A stretch of 64,000 nt of DNA from contig JBMFRB010000006.1 in the NCBI GenBank assembly GCA_049968255.1, forward strand, positions 1,034-65,033, written 5' to 3'. The notes beneath the pieces were generated by a model. It was not told where the DNA came from. It was given only the letters and a program-made list of their open reading frames with translations, and ran no database searches. The translations under genes were made by a program, and so were the position numbers. This DNA is from Candidatus Sumerlaeaceae bacterium (GTDB lineage Bacteria; Sumerlaeota; Sumerlaeia; Sumerlaeales; Sumerlaeaceae). Positions 49,747 to 59,296 of the stretch are shown piece after piece; position 1 is the stretch's first letter; each line of letters starts with the position of its first letter.

Positions 49747-50141
49747 CGCGAGACTTCAACCTGAATGTCGCCGGTTTGCGACGCAGCCGAGCCGGCCGTC
49801 TTCGGAGCACTCAAACTGCGTGTTACGGTTTTACCAAGGTCCTGGACTGCCTTGGCGAGATCGCGAATCGCGGCGGCTATTTCGCGGTTGGCCGCGGCCA
49901 CTTCCGAAGTGGCATTCGCTACAGCAAGGTCCTGGACCGTTGCTACATTTGAGGTATCAACGGGTGCACTTTTGCCCGGATTAGCAAAGCCGCTGATGCG
50001 AGTGGGCATCTCCTGCGCGTACGCGGGCGTGAGAACGCTTGATGCGCGCCATTGCGTCCCAGCAACCAACAGGCCGAGGAAAAATGCAATCACGGTAAGG
50101 ATGAAGTTAGTGTACCAGGTTTTCGAAAAATAGGCTTTCAT
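49743..50141 (-). CDS. Hypothetical single-TM/secreted coiled-coil protein (132 aa)
   Basis: Hydrophobic N-terminus FILTVIAFFLGLLVAG, PAYA-Q, Ala-rich heptads AAANREIAAAIRDLAKAVQDL. Confidence 0.7.
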   Translation of the reverse strand: MKAYFSKTWYTNFILTVIAFFLGLLVAGTQWRASSVLTPAYAQEMPTRISGFANPGKSAPVDTSNVATVQDLAVANATSEVAAANREIAAAIRDLAKAVQDLGKTVTRSLSAPKTAGSAASQTGDIQVEVSR

Positions 50142-50169
50142 GGCTTACCCTTTGCATTGAAGATGATGG

Positions 50170-50874
50170 TTAACGGAGGTAGTAAGACAGGGTTTCAATT
50201 TCAATAGCTAAGTCGACGTATTGGACGCGCACGTGGGCGGGCACACGAAGGTGGACGGGGACAAAGTTGAGAATGCCCGAGATGCCGGCCGCAACGACAC
50301 GTTCAGCAACGTCTTGTGCAACCTCTGCGGGAACCGTGAGAATCACGATGTCAATCTCGGCGGCCTGGAGGCGCTCCTCGAGAGAGTCCATAGAAAAAAT
50401 CCAAACCCCACCGCGCTCAGTGCCGATTTTGTGAATGTCCGTGTCGAACGCCATGACGATGCGGACTCCATGGCGTGCAAAGCCACCGTAGGACATGAGG
50501 GCAGAGCCAAGATTACCTGCTCCCACAATGGCCACACGAACTTCGCGGTCAGTGCCCAAGATGTGCTCAAGGTTGCGCAGTAAATCGCTGACAATATAAC
50601 CAACACCGGGAACGCCGAACTGGCCAAAGTAGGCGAGGTCCTTGCGCACCTGAGCGCTCGTGAAACCAAGACTTTCTGCCAAAGCCTGCGAAGAGACACG
50701 CGGGATGCCGTTCATCTCCATGTTGCGCAAGACACGAAGATAGAGCGACAGGCGCTTGATGACTTTTTTGGGGATTTGCTCGATGCGTGCCCGGCGGACA
50801 TCCTGACGCAACGGTTTGCGGCGCGCGGTGGAGCTGGCGGTTACCGTCTCAGGACTTTTGCGCGACTTTTTCAT
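50170..50874 (-). CDS. rex: Redox-sensing transcriptional repressor Rex
   Basis: IPKKVIKRLSLY, VSSQ.LA, QVRKDLAYFGQFG..GVGY, VGAGNLG, ILNFVP. Confidence 0.95.
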   Translation of the reverse strand: MKKSRKSPETVTASSTARRKPLRQDVRRARIEQIPKKVIKRLSLYLRVLRNMEMNGIPRVSSQALAESLGFTSAQVRKDLAYFGQFGVPGVGYIVSDLLRNLEHILGTDREVRVAIVGAGNLGSALMSYGGFARHGVRIVMAFDTDIHKIGTERGGVWIFSMDSLEERLQAAEIDIVILTVPAEVAQDVAERVVAAGISGILNFVPVHLRVPAHVRVQYVDLAIEIETLSYYLR

Positions 50875-51016
50875 CGCTCGTAGTCATGCACTCCGTGTTG
50901 TCTCCATCGTCTCGGGTGACCTGTGCGAAAATAGATGATAGACTGTTGTGTCTGGGCAAGATAATTCGCGTTTCACACTTGAGACAAACGGCTGCAGACG
51001 GTAGCTGTTGGAAATA

Positions 51017-52474
51017 ATGAGCTGCGAGATGCTCAAGGATTTGGCGCAAAACATTCTCGAGAAAATTCCGCGCCGCCAAGGCCTTTACGCAGACGTGCGC
51101 GTGGTGTGGCGGCGCCACGAGCGACTGAAGCTTGCGAATTCGCAGCCGGACTCGTGCGTGGCGGAGGAGGATTTTGGCGTCGGAGTTCGTGTGTGGCTTG
51201 CCGGGCATTGGGGCTTTGCAGCAACCAGTAACGTCAGAAGTGACGCAATTGATATAATGATCAGCAAGGCTTTGGCCTCGGCAGGTTCTGCCGCTTACAT
51301 TTGCGTTCAGGGGCAGCCATTCCGCGCGCCGGCCCCTGTGGTGGCTGATACGGAAACAGTGGTGCGTGTGGCTCCTTCTAGCATCTCGTGGGAGGAAAAA
51401 CTGGCGCTTCTTGAAGCAGCGTGTAAGACGATGCAAGCCGAAAAGCGGGTTATTCGCGCCGAGGCGTCGCTAGAGATTTTCAAAGAGTCGAAAGCGTTTG
51501 TCTCAACTATCGGAAGTGTAATCACACAGACGACGGTTCATTGCGGTGGGGGAATTTCTGCGTACGCTGGCGTGGGCAACAATGTGCAGATACGCTCCTA
51601 TCCGGCGCATTTTGGCGGGAATTATGGCGCCGCCGGCTACGAATTCATCGAGGCGTTGGAGCTTGTCAGGCATGCACCGCGCGTCGCGGCGGAGGCCGTT
51701 GAACTCTTGCATGCTCCGGTGTGCCCCCGCACGAACACCACCATCATCTTGGAAAGCGGCCAGTTGGCGCTGCAAATCCACGAAAGTATCGGCCACGCGG
51801 TGGAGCTCGACCGCATTCTCGGCCACGAAGCTTCCTGCGCGGGAACGTCATTCGTGACGCCCGATATGATAGGGAATTTTCGCTATGCTTCGCCGCTGGT
51901 GAATGTGACGGCGAACGCTACCGTGAGACAGGGACTAGGTTCCTTTGGATTTGACGACGAGGGTGTTCCGGGACAAGCTGAGGCTGTCATCAGGAATGGG
52001 CAGCTCGTGGGAGTGCTAAGTTCTTGCTCGACGGCACCTACGATAGGGCGCGAATCCTCCGGCGCTATGCGCGCGGATGGATGGAGGCACTTCCCTTTGG
52101 TGCGCATGACAAACATCAACCTCGAGCCAGGCGAATGGACGCTTGCTGATCTCATCGCCGATTCGGATGAGGGACTGTGGCTCGAGACGAATCGAAGCTG
52201 GTCGATTGATGACAAGCGGCTGCATTTTGCGTTTGCCACGGAAGTTGCGCGCGAGATTCGCAAAGGCAAATTAGGCAAACTCTATCGCAATCCGGTTTAC
52301 TTCGGAACTACTCCGCGTTTTTGGCGCAATTGCGACGCGGTGTGCGGCGTGCAAGAGTGGCAACTGTGGGGCGTTCCTCGTTGCGGCAAGGGCGAGCCCA
52401 TGCAAATCGCGCATGTTGGACATGGGTGTGCTCCCGCGCGCTTTCGCAACGTAGAAGTGGGGGGCATCGCATAA
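51017..52474 (+). CDS. tldD: TldD metalloprotease subunit
   Basis: IHESIGHAVELD (HExxGH), FDDEG, RMTN, GKGEPMQ..VGHG.AP. Start within 51008-51029. Confidence 0.92.
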   Translation: MSCEMLKDLAQNILEKIPRRQGLYADVRVVWRRHERLKLANSQPDSCVAEEDFGVGVRVWLAGHWGFAATSNVRSDAIDIMISKALASAGSAAYICVQGQPFRAPAPVVADTETVVRVAPSSISWEEKLALLEAACKTMQAEKRVIRAEASLEIFKESKAFVSTIGSVITQTTVHCGGGISAYAGVGNNVQIRSYPAHFGGNYGAAGYEFIEALELVRHAPRVAAEAVELLHAPVCPRTNTTIILESGQLALQIHESIGHAVELDRILGHEASCAGTSFVTPDMIGNFRYASPLVNVTANATVRQGLGSFGFDDEGVPGQAEAVIRNGQLVGVLSSCSTAPTIGRESSGAMRADGWRHFPLVRMTNINLEPGEWTLADLIADSDEGLWLETNRSWSIDDKRLHFAFATEVAREIRKGKLGKLYRNPVYFGTTPRFWRNCDAVCGVQEWQLWGVPRCGKGEPMQIAHVGHGCAPARFRNVEVGGIA

Positions 52475-52476
52475 CG

Positions 52477-53808
52477 ATGGCGCTCGAGAAAACCATCAAC
52501 TTTTTATCGGATACGCTGAGCAGTTTGCACATGGAGAGCTGCGAACTTCTTTACGAAGAGGAACGGCGTGGCTTGACACGCTTTGCGCGGGACCAGATCC
52601 ATCAATCCGCGGAAACCGAAGTCAGGGGTTTGACGGTGCGTTGCATCGAGGATGGGCAGGTGGGTTTGGTGAGAACAACGTGTTTCGATCGGGAAACACT
52701 GATGCGCGCCGCCAAGCAGGCTGTGGCGATGGCCCGACAGCTTTCTCCGGCAACCGTGCCCAAAACTCTGCCGGCCGGACATTGCAGCAACTTTCAGGGC
52801 GCTCACGACGAACAGACGGCGCGTGTTCAGCCATTCGAACGGGCGCAGCTTGTTCGCAATATGCTCGACTGGAAAGGCAAGACCCGCAGCCAGCTCTCGG
52901 GGTCGGTGATGACCAGTCGCCAGACGATGTGTGTAGTCAGCACGCGCGGCATGCGGGTATTCGAGGAACGCACACGGGTAGACGTGAACCTTGTGGCGGA
53001 GGGACCAAATGGCACGGGACGCAGCTACTGGGCCGGCTGGCGAATGAGCGATGTGCCTTTGCGACGCCTTCTGGACGAGGCTTTGGCCGAAGCAAGCACG
53101 AAATCACGACGAGGGAAAAGCGTTGATGGCCGATGTCGGGTGGTTCTCGATTATCTGGCGGCGGGACAACTTCTGGGATTTCTTGGCTATCTGGGATTCG
53201 GCGCGAAATCATTTATCGAAAAGTGTTCATTCCTTGTCGAGGAACTTGGAAAGCCCGTGGCTGCTTCGATGCTGACTGTCTTAGAAGACCCGTTAGCGAT
53301 GGTACCTGTGGGCCATGATTTTGAAGGGATGCCGCGCAAGCGCGTGACGTTGATGCACAACGGCGTGGCAACGGGTTTTGTGACGGACTCGTTTACGGCG
53401 ATGCTGCTGGGGCGTGAAAACACTGGGCATGCTCCGCAACCGGATTCGACGGAAGGCCCGCTGCCGACTCATCTCGTGGTCGGGGAAGGAACTATGAGCC
53501 TGGAAGAGCTGTGTGCCGCCGTGGGCGAGGGGATCTATGTGCGGGATCTACACTACGTGAATGTGGTTGAGCCGATCAGCACCACGATTACAGGAACAAC
53601 GCGCCATGGCACGTGGCTCATTCGCGGCGGCGAACTCGTTGAACCTCTGCCAGAACTCCGTTTCCAGGTTAGGATTCTCGATGTGCTGAAAGGTCTTCTT
53701 GGGATAGGAAAGAAAGGACGGCCGGCCGACGGCGCATGTGGCCTTGTTCACACTCCGCCCCTGGCGTCGGAATGTTTCGAAATTGTGGGAGCGGCAGGTG
53801 AAAATTAG
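52477..53808 (+). CDS. pmbA: PmbA/TldE subunit
   Basis: Follows tldD by 2 nt; LTRFARDQIHQ, DFEG.PR, ENTGHA, TGTTR.GTWLI..GEL; lacks HExxH. Confidence 0.88.
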   Translation: MALEKTINFLSDTLSSLHMESCELLYEEERRGLTRFARDQIHQSAETEVRGLTVRCIEDGQVGLVRTTCFDRETLMRAAKQAVAMARQLSPATVPKTLPAGHCSNFQGAHDEQTARVQPFERAQLVRNMLDWKGKTRSQLSGSVMTSRQTMCVVSTRGMRVFEERTRVDVNLVAEGPNGTGRSYWAGWRMSDVPLRRLLDEALAEASTKSRRGKSVDGRCRVVLDYLAAGQLLGFLGYLGFGAKSFIEKCSFLVEELGKPVAASMLTVLEDPLAMVPVGHDFEGMPRKRVTLMHNGVATGFVTDSFTAMLLGRENTGHAPQPDSTEGPLPTHLVVGEGTMSLEELCAAVGEGIYVRDLHYVNVVEPISTTITGTTRHGTWLIRGGELVEPLPELRFQVRILDVLKGLLGIGKKGRPADGACGLVHTPPLASECFEIVGAAGEN

Positions 53809-53943
53809 CGTCGTCCGGAGTGGAGCAAATTGTCGCGGTGGTTGGCGCAGTGTTACCTTGTGGGCACAATCGCGCAAGCAATGAATTCTTCAGTGCGGAA
53901 AAAGAGTAAAAGAAACTCGCCACCGCAGGTCTAATAGAAAAAG

Positions 53944-56151
53944 GTGATAACGCGGCGTCGGAAAAAAGTTCGGTTGGGAATTCCCGCATGCAATGGAGCA
54001 GCGAGGGAAGGGTCGCAAGGGCGCTGGCTCGGAGGCTTGCTGTGTCTCGCGGGAGTGTGCGTCGTGGCGGCCTTGTGGCTATGGGGGTGCAAAGAACAGA
54101 TCAATCCCCATGTGGCAGCTGAAGCGGATCCGGAAGTGCTCGTGGCAAGCCTCAGTGCGGCCTCAACTGTGCAAAAGCAGGACGGTGTCAAACCCACCAC
54201 CGGTGAGCGGCCAAGAAAGGTTGTGCTGACCCTGAATAATGCTCCGGCCCCGAACGAACTTTTCGAGCTCGAGATCACGCAGAAGCTGGTGGAGCTGTTT
54301 GAACAGCGGAACCCGGACGTCCAAATTGAATTCAGCACGTGGCGGTTCACGCCGGAAAGCTTTTACGAGCGTGCTAGAAGCCACACCCTCACGGACGTCG
54401 TTGAGGTGACCCTTGACCAAATGCAGCCGATCATGGATCTGAGCCTGGCTGCAGACATGACCAGCATTTTGGCAAATACTCCGGAGATCCAGAGCATGAA
54501 CCCAGCGGTGCTCGCCTTGACGAGTCGTGAGGGGCGGCTGTTCGGCGTGCCGTTGGAACTCCAAACGATGGCCATCTTTTACAATCGCCGAATGCTGGAA
54601 GCTTGCTTTAATCCTAAGCCGCAGAAAGAGAATAAGCCGCAAGGCAAACAGTCGGCAGAAAAGAAATCTGCCAAGGGTGGAGGCGTGGACGGGAATTCTC
54701 TCGAAGCGTGGGAGGCGGCAAGCAGTCCGACACCGGCGCCTTTTCTCCTCGCCCAGGCGCGGCGCTACGGCAGCTCTTACTATGATTATTTCGGGCCAAA
54801 TCGTCAAGACGGGCAGCAGGAGGACGACTTTTATTCGAGGCGCGGCGAGCAGCAGGTGGAAAATGAATATCAAGTGACGCCGCGCCCACGTTTTCGATGG
54901 CCGTTTCGTCCGATAAATCCCTTGCGCACCCCGGCGCAGCCGTCATCGCGGCCCAGTTTTTGGCGGCGCCTCGAGCCGCAACCCGTAGAGCAGCCGTTAG
55001 AAGATCAGAGTGAACAAGGCCTGCAGGGAGAGCAGGCGCCAAGGGGGGAGATAGAAAGCGCTCGGCCGACAGCGCAGCAGGGCACACAAGGCGTTGGCCA
55101 GCAAACAGGAGAAGAAATCGAATCGGCCCGGCCGCAGGCTACTGCTCCAAAAGCGGGCGAAGCAAGAACGACGCAAAGCGCTGCCGCCAAGGAGGAGCTG
55201 AGCGCCACGGTGGTCAAAGAAGAACTGACAACAGCGCTGACGTTGCCCCGGTGGGCTCGCAATTGGGAGGAGTTCATCAAGCTGGCGGTGAAGCTTACCG
55301 ATCACGAAAAGGGCGTTTATGGTTACGCACCCGTGCTGTTCGCGAACCAGGGCGGACGTGAGTTTGTCCAGTGGGCCGTGCTGGCCGGGCTCGACGCCAG
55401 CAAGTTACCAGTTCCGGAGGCACTAGCAGCGCTCCGCGGACAAGCTGGGCTGGATTCCCTCGAGTTTTTGAAGAACTTGCGCTGGCGCTACGACGTCATG
55501 CCCCCGGCGGAGCGCTGCTATGGCGATAATGTTTTGCAAATGTTCGCCCAAGGCAAAATTGCCATGATTATGCTTCCCGCCACGAAGGATTCAATTCGGC
55601 GTCTAATGCGCGCGGGAATGGCGCCGGATAATATCGGCATCGCGCCACTTCCCCACGGTCCTGTGGCCCCCTATCACTTGACGTTCGGGCGATGTGTGAT
55701 CGTGAACTCACAGGCTGATCAGGCCAAGCGGCAAGCAGCGGCAAAATGGATTCGTTTTCTCATTGATCCGGAATCGGCGCGTATCCGCGAGCAATACCTT
55801 TTCCGTGAGCAAGACCTGACGGGGATACCCCATGTGCCGCTCTATAACCGGGCCAAGCAGGATCAATTTTATGCCATGCTAAAGTCGTATCGCTTGCTGC
55901 CGGTGTTTGTGGAGTACGAGGACACAGTGACCACAGCCCTTATGCCCGAGCCAGCTCGGTTGCGTGACGAGCTTTATGCCGACACGGCCAAAGACGTGCG
56001 AGCTGTCGTGGAATTGCGTGAGAGTGTACCGGCAACGGCCGCAGCGAATTTGGCGCGAGATTTTGAGAAACGCTACCTGCGCAGCCAAGCAGCAACTGAA
56101 AAGCCTTCGCTTGATTATTACCTGCGGCTCTTCGCACTACCCAAAAAATAG
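53944..56151 (+). CDS. Extracellular solute-binding lipoprotein (sugar-type family 1) with a large disordered insertion
   Basis: Lipobox LWG-C; FEQRNPDVQIE, GRLFGVP...AIFYN, WEEF..LA.KLT, FAQGKIAM, IGIAPLP, AAKWIRFL. Confidence 0.8.
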   Translation: MITRRRKKVRLGIPACNGAAREGSQGRWLGGLLCLAGVCVVAALWLWGCKEQINPHVAAEADPEVLVASLSAASTVQKQDGVKPTTGERPRKVVLTLNNAPAPNELFELEITQKLVELFEQRNPDVQIEFSTWRFTPESFYERARSHTLTDVVEVTLDQMQPIMDLSLAADMTSILANTPEIQSMNPAVLALTSREGRLFGVPLELQTMAIFYNRRMLEACFNPKPQKENKPQGKQSAEKKSAKGGGVDGNSLEAWEAASSPTPAPFLLAQARRYGSSYYDYFGPNRQDGQQEDDFYSRRGEQQVENEYQVTPRPRFRWPFRPINPLRTPAQPSSRPSFWRRLEPQPVEQPLEDQSEQGLQGEQAPRGEIESARPTAQQGTQGVGQQTGEEIESARPQATAPKAGEARTTQSAAAKEELSATVVKEELTTALTLPRWARNWEEFIKLAVKLTDHEKGVYGYAPVLFANQGGREFVQWAVLAGLDASKLPVPEALAALRGQAGLDSLEFLKNLRWRYDVMPPAERCYGDNVLQMFAQGKIAMIMLPATKDSIRRLMRAGMAPDNIGIAPLPHGPVAPYHLTFGRCVIVNSQADQAKRQAAAKWIRFLIDPESARIREQYLFREQDLTGIPHVPLYNRAKQDQFYAMLKSYRLLPVFVEYEDTVTTALMPEPARLRDELYADTAKDVRAVVELRESVPATAAANLARDFEKRYLRSQAATEKPSLDYYLRLFALPKK

Positions 56152-56168
56152 GGAGAAAAAAGAGAGGA

Positions 56169-56777
56169 ATGGCAGAGACAACCAAGGCAGGATGCATTAC
56201 TGGGATTAATCCGATCGAAAAATTTCGAGAGCTATTCGAAAAGGCTGCAAAGAACGAAGCCTATGACCACACGGCATGCTGTTTGGCCACGGTGGACCAT
56301 CAGGGGAGGCCAACCAACAGAATGGTGCTGTTGAAAGGCTTCGATGAACGAGGTTTTGTTTTTTACACTAATCGGCTAAGTCCGAAAGGGCAGCATTTGG
56401 CAAAGAATCCCTACGCGGCGCTCTGTTTTTATTGGCCTTCGATTGGCGACCAGGTGCGCATTGAAGGGCATGTGGAGCAAACGAGTGACGAAGAGTCCGA
56501 CGCATACTTTGCGACACGTCCACGGGGAAGCCAGCTCGGGGCATGGGCAAGCCATCAAAGTCAGCCACTCCCCTCACGCGTCGAACTTATTTCCCGCTAC
56601 ATGCAGTACAAGGTTCGTTTTATGGGTCGGTCGGTGCCTCGGCCACCATTCTGGGGTGGGTATAGGATTATTCCGGAGCGCATCGAATTCTGGCACAACG
56701 GACTTTTTCGCCTTCATGACCGTTTCCTTTATACGCGCTGCGATGACGGCTGGAGCGTGGTTCGGCTGTCGCCGTAA
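56169..56777 (+). CDS. pdxH: Pyridoxine/pyridoxamine 5'-phosphate oxidase
   Basis: LATVD..GRP..RMVLLKGFD.RGFVFYTN..S.KG, QVRIEG, YFATRPRGSQLGAWAS.QS, RPPFWGG, EFW...FRLHDR. Confidence 0.96.
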   Translation: MAETTKAGCITGINPIEKFRELFEKAAKNEAYDHTACCLATVDHQGRPTNRMVLLKGFDERGFVFYTNRLSPKGQHLAKNPYAALCFYWPSIGDQVRIEGHVEQTSDEESDAYFATRPRGSQLGAWASHQSQPLPSRVELISRYMQYKVRFMGRSVPRPPFWGGYRIIPERIEFWHNGLFRLHDRFLYTRCDDGWSVVRLSP

Positions 56778-56884
56778 GGTGCGCACTTTGGCCGATGCGA
56801 GAGCCATTCTGAGAAATTAGGATCTCCGCCTAGGGGCGATGTAACGCACCTTGACAGAGGGGACAGCGCCGAGATCATACGGCA

Positions 56885-59296
56885 ATGCACATGCAGCAGG
56901 CCTCGACAGTGCGATGTTATGGTTGGTATGTGACCTCTGCCATTGTCCTTGCCCTCATTTTTATCTCACGCATGGCGAAGTTTGTCGAGCCAGACTTTTT
57001 CATGCACTTGCGCATTGGCCAGTGGATCTGCGAGAATCGGACAGTTCCGAGCGTTGATGTCTTTTCCCATATTGCTTACGGGCGCCCCTGGACAGACCAC
57101 GAGTGGTTGTTCCAAGTTCTTCTGTATCTCTTGCACAGAATCGGTGGTTGGCCGCTCCTCGCTTTTATTAGAAGCCTTTTGCTCGCCGCCTCATACTTTT
57201 TCACGGTACGCACTTGCCGGTTGCTTGGACTCCCGTGGAGCTGGTCTCTGGCTCTGACCCTTATCGCGGCAGCCATGGCCATGGGCAGCGTGGAATTTCG
57301 GCCGCAGGTGGTCACTTACTTTCTTTTCCCACTCTATTTTGAGATCATGCTCAAATACTTGCTTACGGGCCGGGGTCCGTTGTGGCTTCTTCCACTTTTG
57401 ATCATTCCGTGGGCAAACATGCACGGAGCTTTCCTGGCTGTTTTTGTGCTCGGCGCGCTGCTGCTCATTGCAGAAACGGCGAAAAACGTTGCGGCAAAAT
57501 ACAATTTTCCCCTGCCAGGGCAACTTGTCCCGATTCCTAGAATCTTCAAGATTGGCGTGGTTCTGCTTGTTTCGTTCGTTGCGACGGTGATAAATCCCTA
57601 TGGCAGCGAAATGTGGCTTTTCCCCTTCAAGGTTATCCAGCATCCCATTTTTCTCCAGATGATCTTCGAGTGGATGCCGCCAGAGTTTCCATTTTTTACA
57701 CCTTTTTGGGTTGTGGTGGGTGTATTCCTTGTCATTGTCATCCCGGCATGGCGCTCCCTTGAGTTTCGTAACATTTTCCTGATTTTGGCGTGGACTTACC
57801 TTTCTCTTTCGGCACGCCGCAACATTGTCCTTTTTGGATACGTCGCGGCCCCGCTCTTCGGGCAAACCCTGTGGCAACTCTGTGAATTCTTACGGTCCCG
57901 ATTGCGCCAGCGCTTGCAATGGTTGTCTCACGTTCCAGCGGTGCTACTATTTTTCTACAGTGGCTACCTTGTCTATGCTGTCGGGTACACGCTTGTGAAC
58001 GAGACGGTGCACGAAATGGGGGTCGGTATTAATTCCACTGTCCCCACGAGGGCAGCAGATTTTATTCTCCAAACCAAACCTGCAGGAGAGATGTTTAATG
58101 AGTACAATGTAGGGGGCTATCTTATCTATCGGCTGTTTCCACACTACAAAGTGTTCCAGGACGGTCGCGTTGACGTCTATGGCCCAGAACTCTTTTATCA
58201 CTACAAAGTTATTGAATCCGGCAACCCCACATGGCGGAAAGCAGTAAAGGACTATAACCTTAATTTCTTTGTTCTTACCCATGGTGGTACAAAATATCCC
58301 TACAATCTTGCTTCGCAGCTCGATGATGATCCTGAGTGGACTCTCGTTTACTTCGATGACCTCTGTCTGATCTATGTTAGGAATTCTGGCCCAAATCGAC
58401 TTATAGCGAAATTACACGGATATAAATACATTAAGCCAGGTTTTTCCGCATCAGCTTATCTCAATAGCTCAGACATTCAAACTTCGGCTCTCCCAGAACT
58501 GGATCGAGCTATCGCCACAGTGACCGAAGCTCGCTTGCCAAGAATGCTTAAACTTTATTGTCTCACAAGCCTAGGTCGCTATGATGAAGCCTCTTCCGTC
58601 GCGGAGGAACTTCTTACCCTAGCCAAAAATAAGAGTGAAGCACTCTACTTACGTGGGCGGGTCTATGCCCTCGAAAAGAACTATGAGGCCGCCATCGCTG
58701 CTTTCAAAGCTGCTTTGGCTCTGGCTCCGAGTGATGGTGACATTTGGCTTGGTTTGGGGGATGTTTATGAGGCACTGGGCCGCAACGACGAGGCGTTGAA
58801 AGCCTACCTTAGAGCAGCCGAATATGCGCGTCTTCCTGAGGTGAAAGCTTACATGAGCGTGGCGCGGGTGGCGACACGGCTTGGCAACGATAGGCTGGCG
58901 ATGCATTACTGGGATAAATACTTATTGTTCTATCCGGCTGACATAGTTGCCCTTAATGACGCTGGCACGCTATGTTTGCGAACGAAAAACTACACAAGAG
59001 CTATTTCGTTTCTCAAAAAGGCTGTTGAAGCCAAGCCCGATAATGCAGCTCCATACTACAATTTGGCTTGTGCCTATGTAGCTTTGGGGGATCAGGGGAG
59101 AGCTCTGAATTACCTCAAAGCGGCTTTGGCCCTCGGGGATTCGAGAATCGCTGAGATTGCCAAACGGGATGCCGACCTGGCGGCTCTTCGCTCACATCCT
59201 GATTTTTTCCCACTCCTCGCTGAAACCGTGACATCTCACAGTGTTGCGGAACACTTTAGCACAGTGACCCTAGTTCGGACTGGCACTCATGACTGA
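56885..59296 (+). CDS. Multi-TM GT-C-like membrane protein with C-terminal TPR array
   Basis: EPDFFMHLRIG...DVFS...PWTDHEWL loop, RPQ, WANMHG, INPYG, EWMPP, QDGRVDVY, then several TPRs ending YYNLACAY. Confidence 0.8.
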   Translation: MHMQQASTVRCYGWYVTSAIVLALIFISRMAKFVEPDFFMHLRIGQWICENRTVPSVDVFSHIAYGRPWTDHEWLFQVLLYLLHRIGGWPLLAFIRSLLLAASYFFTVRTCRLLGLPWSWSLALTLIAAAMAMGSVEFRPQVVTYFLFPLYFEIMLKYLLTGRGPLWLLPLLIIPWANMHGAFLAVFVLGALLLIAETAKNVAAKYNFPLPGQLVPIPRIFKIGVVLLVSFVATVINPYGSEMWLFPFKVIQHPIFLQMIFEWMPPEFPFFTPFWVVVGVFLVIVIPAWRSLEFRNIFLILAWTYLSLSARRNIVLFGYVAAPLFGQTLWQLCEFLRSRLRQRLQWLSHVPAVLLFFYSGYLVYAVGYTLVNETVHEMGVGINSTVPTRAADFILQTKPAGEMFNEYNVGGYLIYRLFPHYKVFQDGRVDVYGPELFYHYKVIESGNPTWRKAVKDYNLNFFVLTHGGTKYPYNLASQLDDDPEWTLVYFDDLCLIYVRNSGPNRLIAKLHGYKYIKPGFSASAYLNSSDIQTSALPELDRAIATVTEARLPRMLKLYCLTSLGRYDEASSVAEELLTLAKNKSEALYLRGRVYALEKNYEAAIAAFKAALALAPSDGDIWLGLGDVYEALGRNDEALKAYLRAAEYARLPEVKAYMSVARVATRLGNDRLAMHYWDKYLLFYPADIVALNDAGTLCLRTKNYTRAISFLKKAVEAKPDNAAPYYNLACAYVALGDQGRALNYLKAALALGDSRIAEIAKRDADLAALRSHPDFFPLLAETVTSHSVAEHFSTVTLVRTGTHD

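Noticed and set aside
50875-51016. Rex operator in the rex/tldD divergent region
   Set aside because: Only a half-site (GTGTGAA); the other arm does not match TTGTGAA-N4-TTCACAA.
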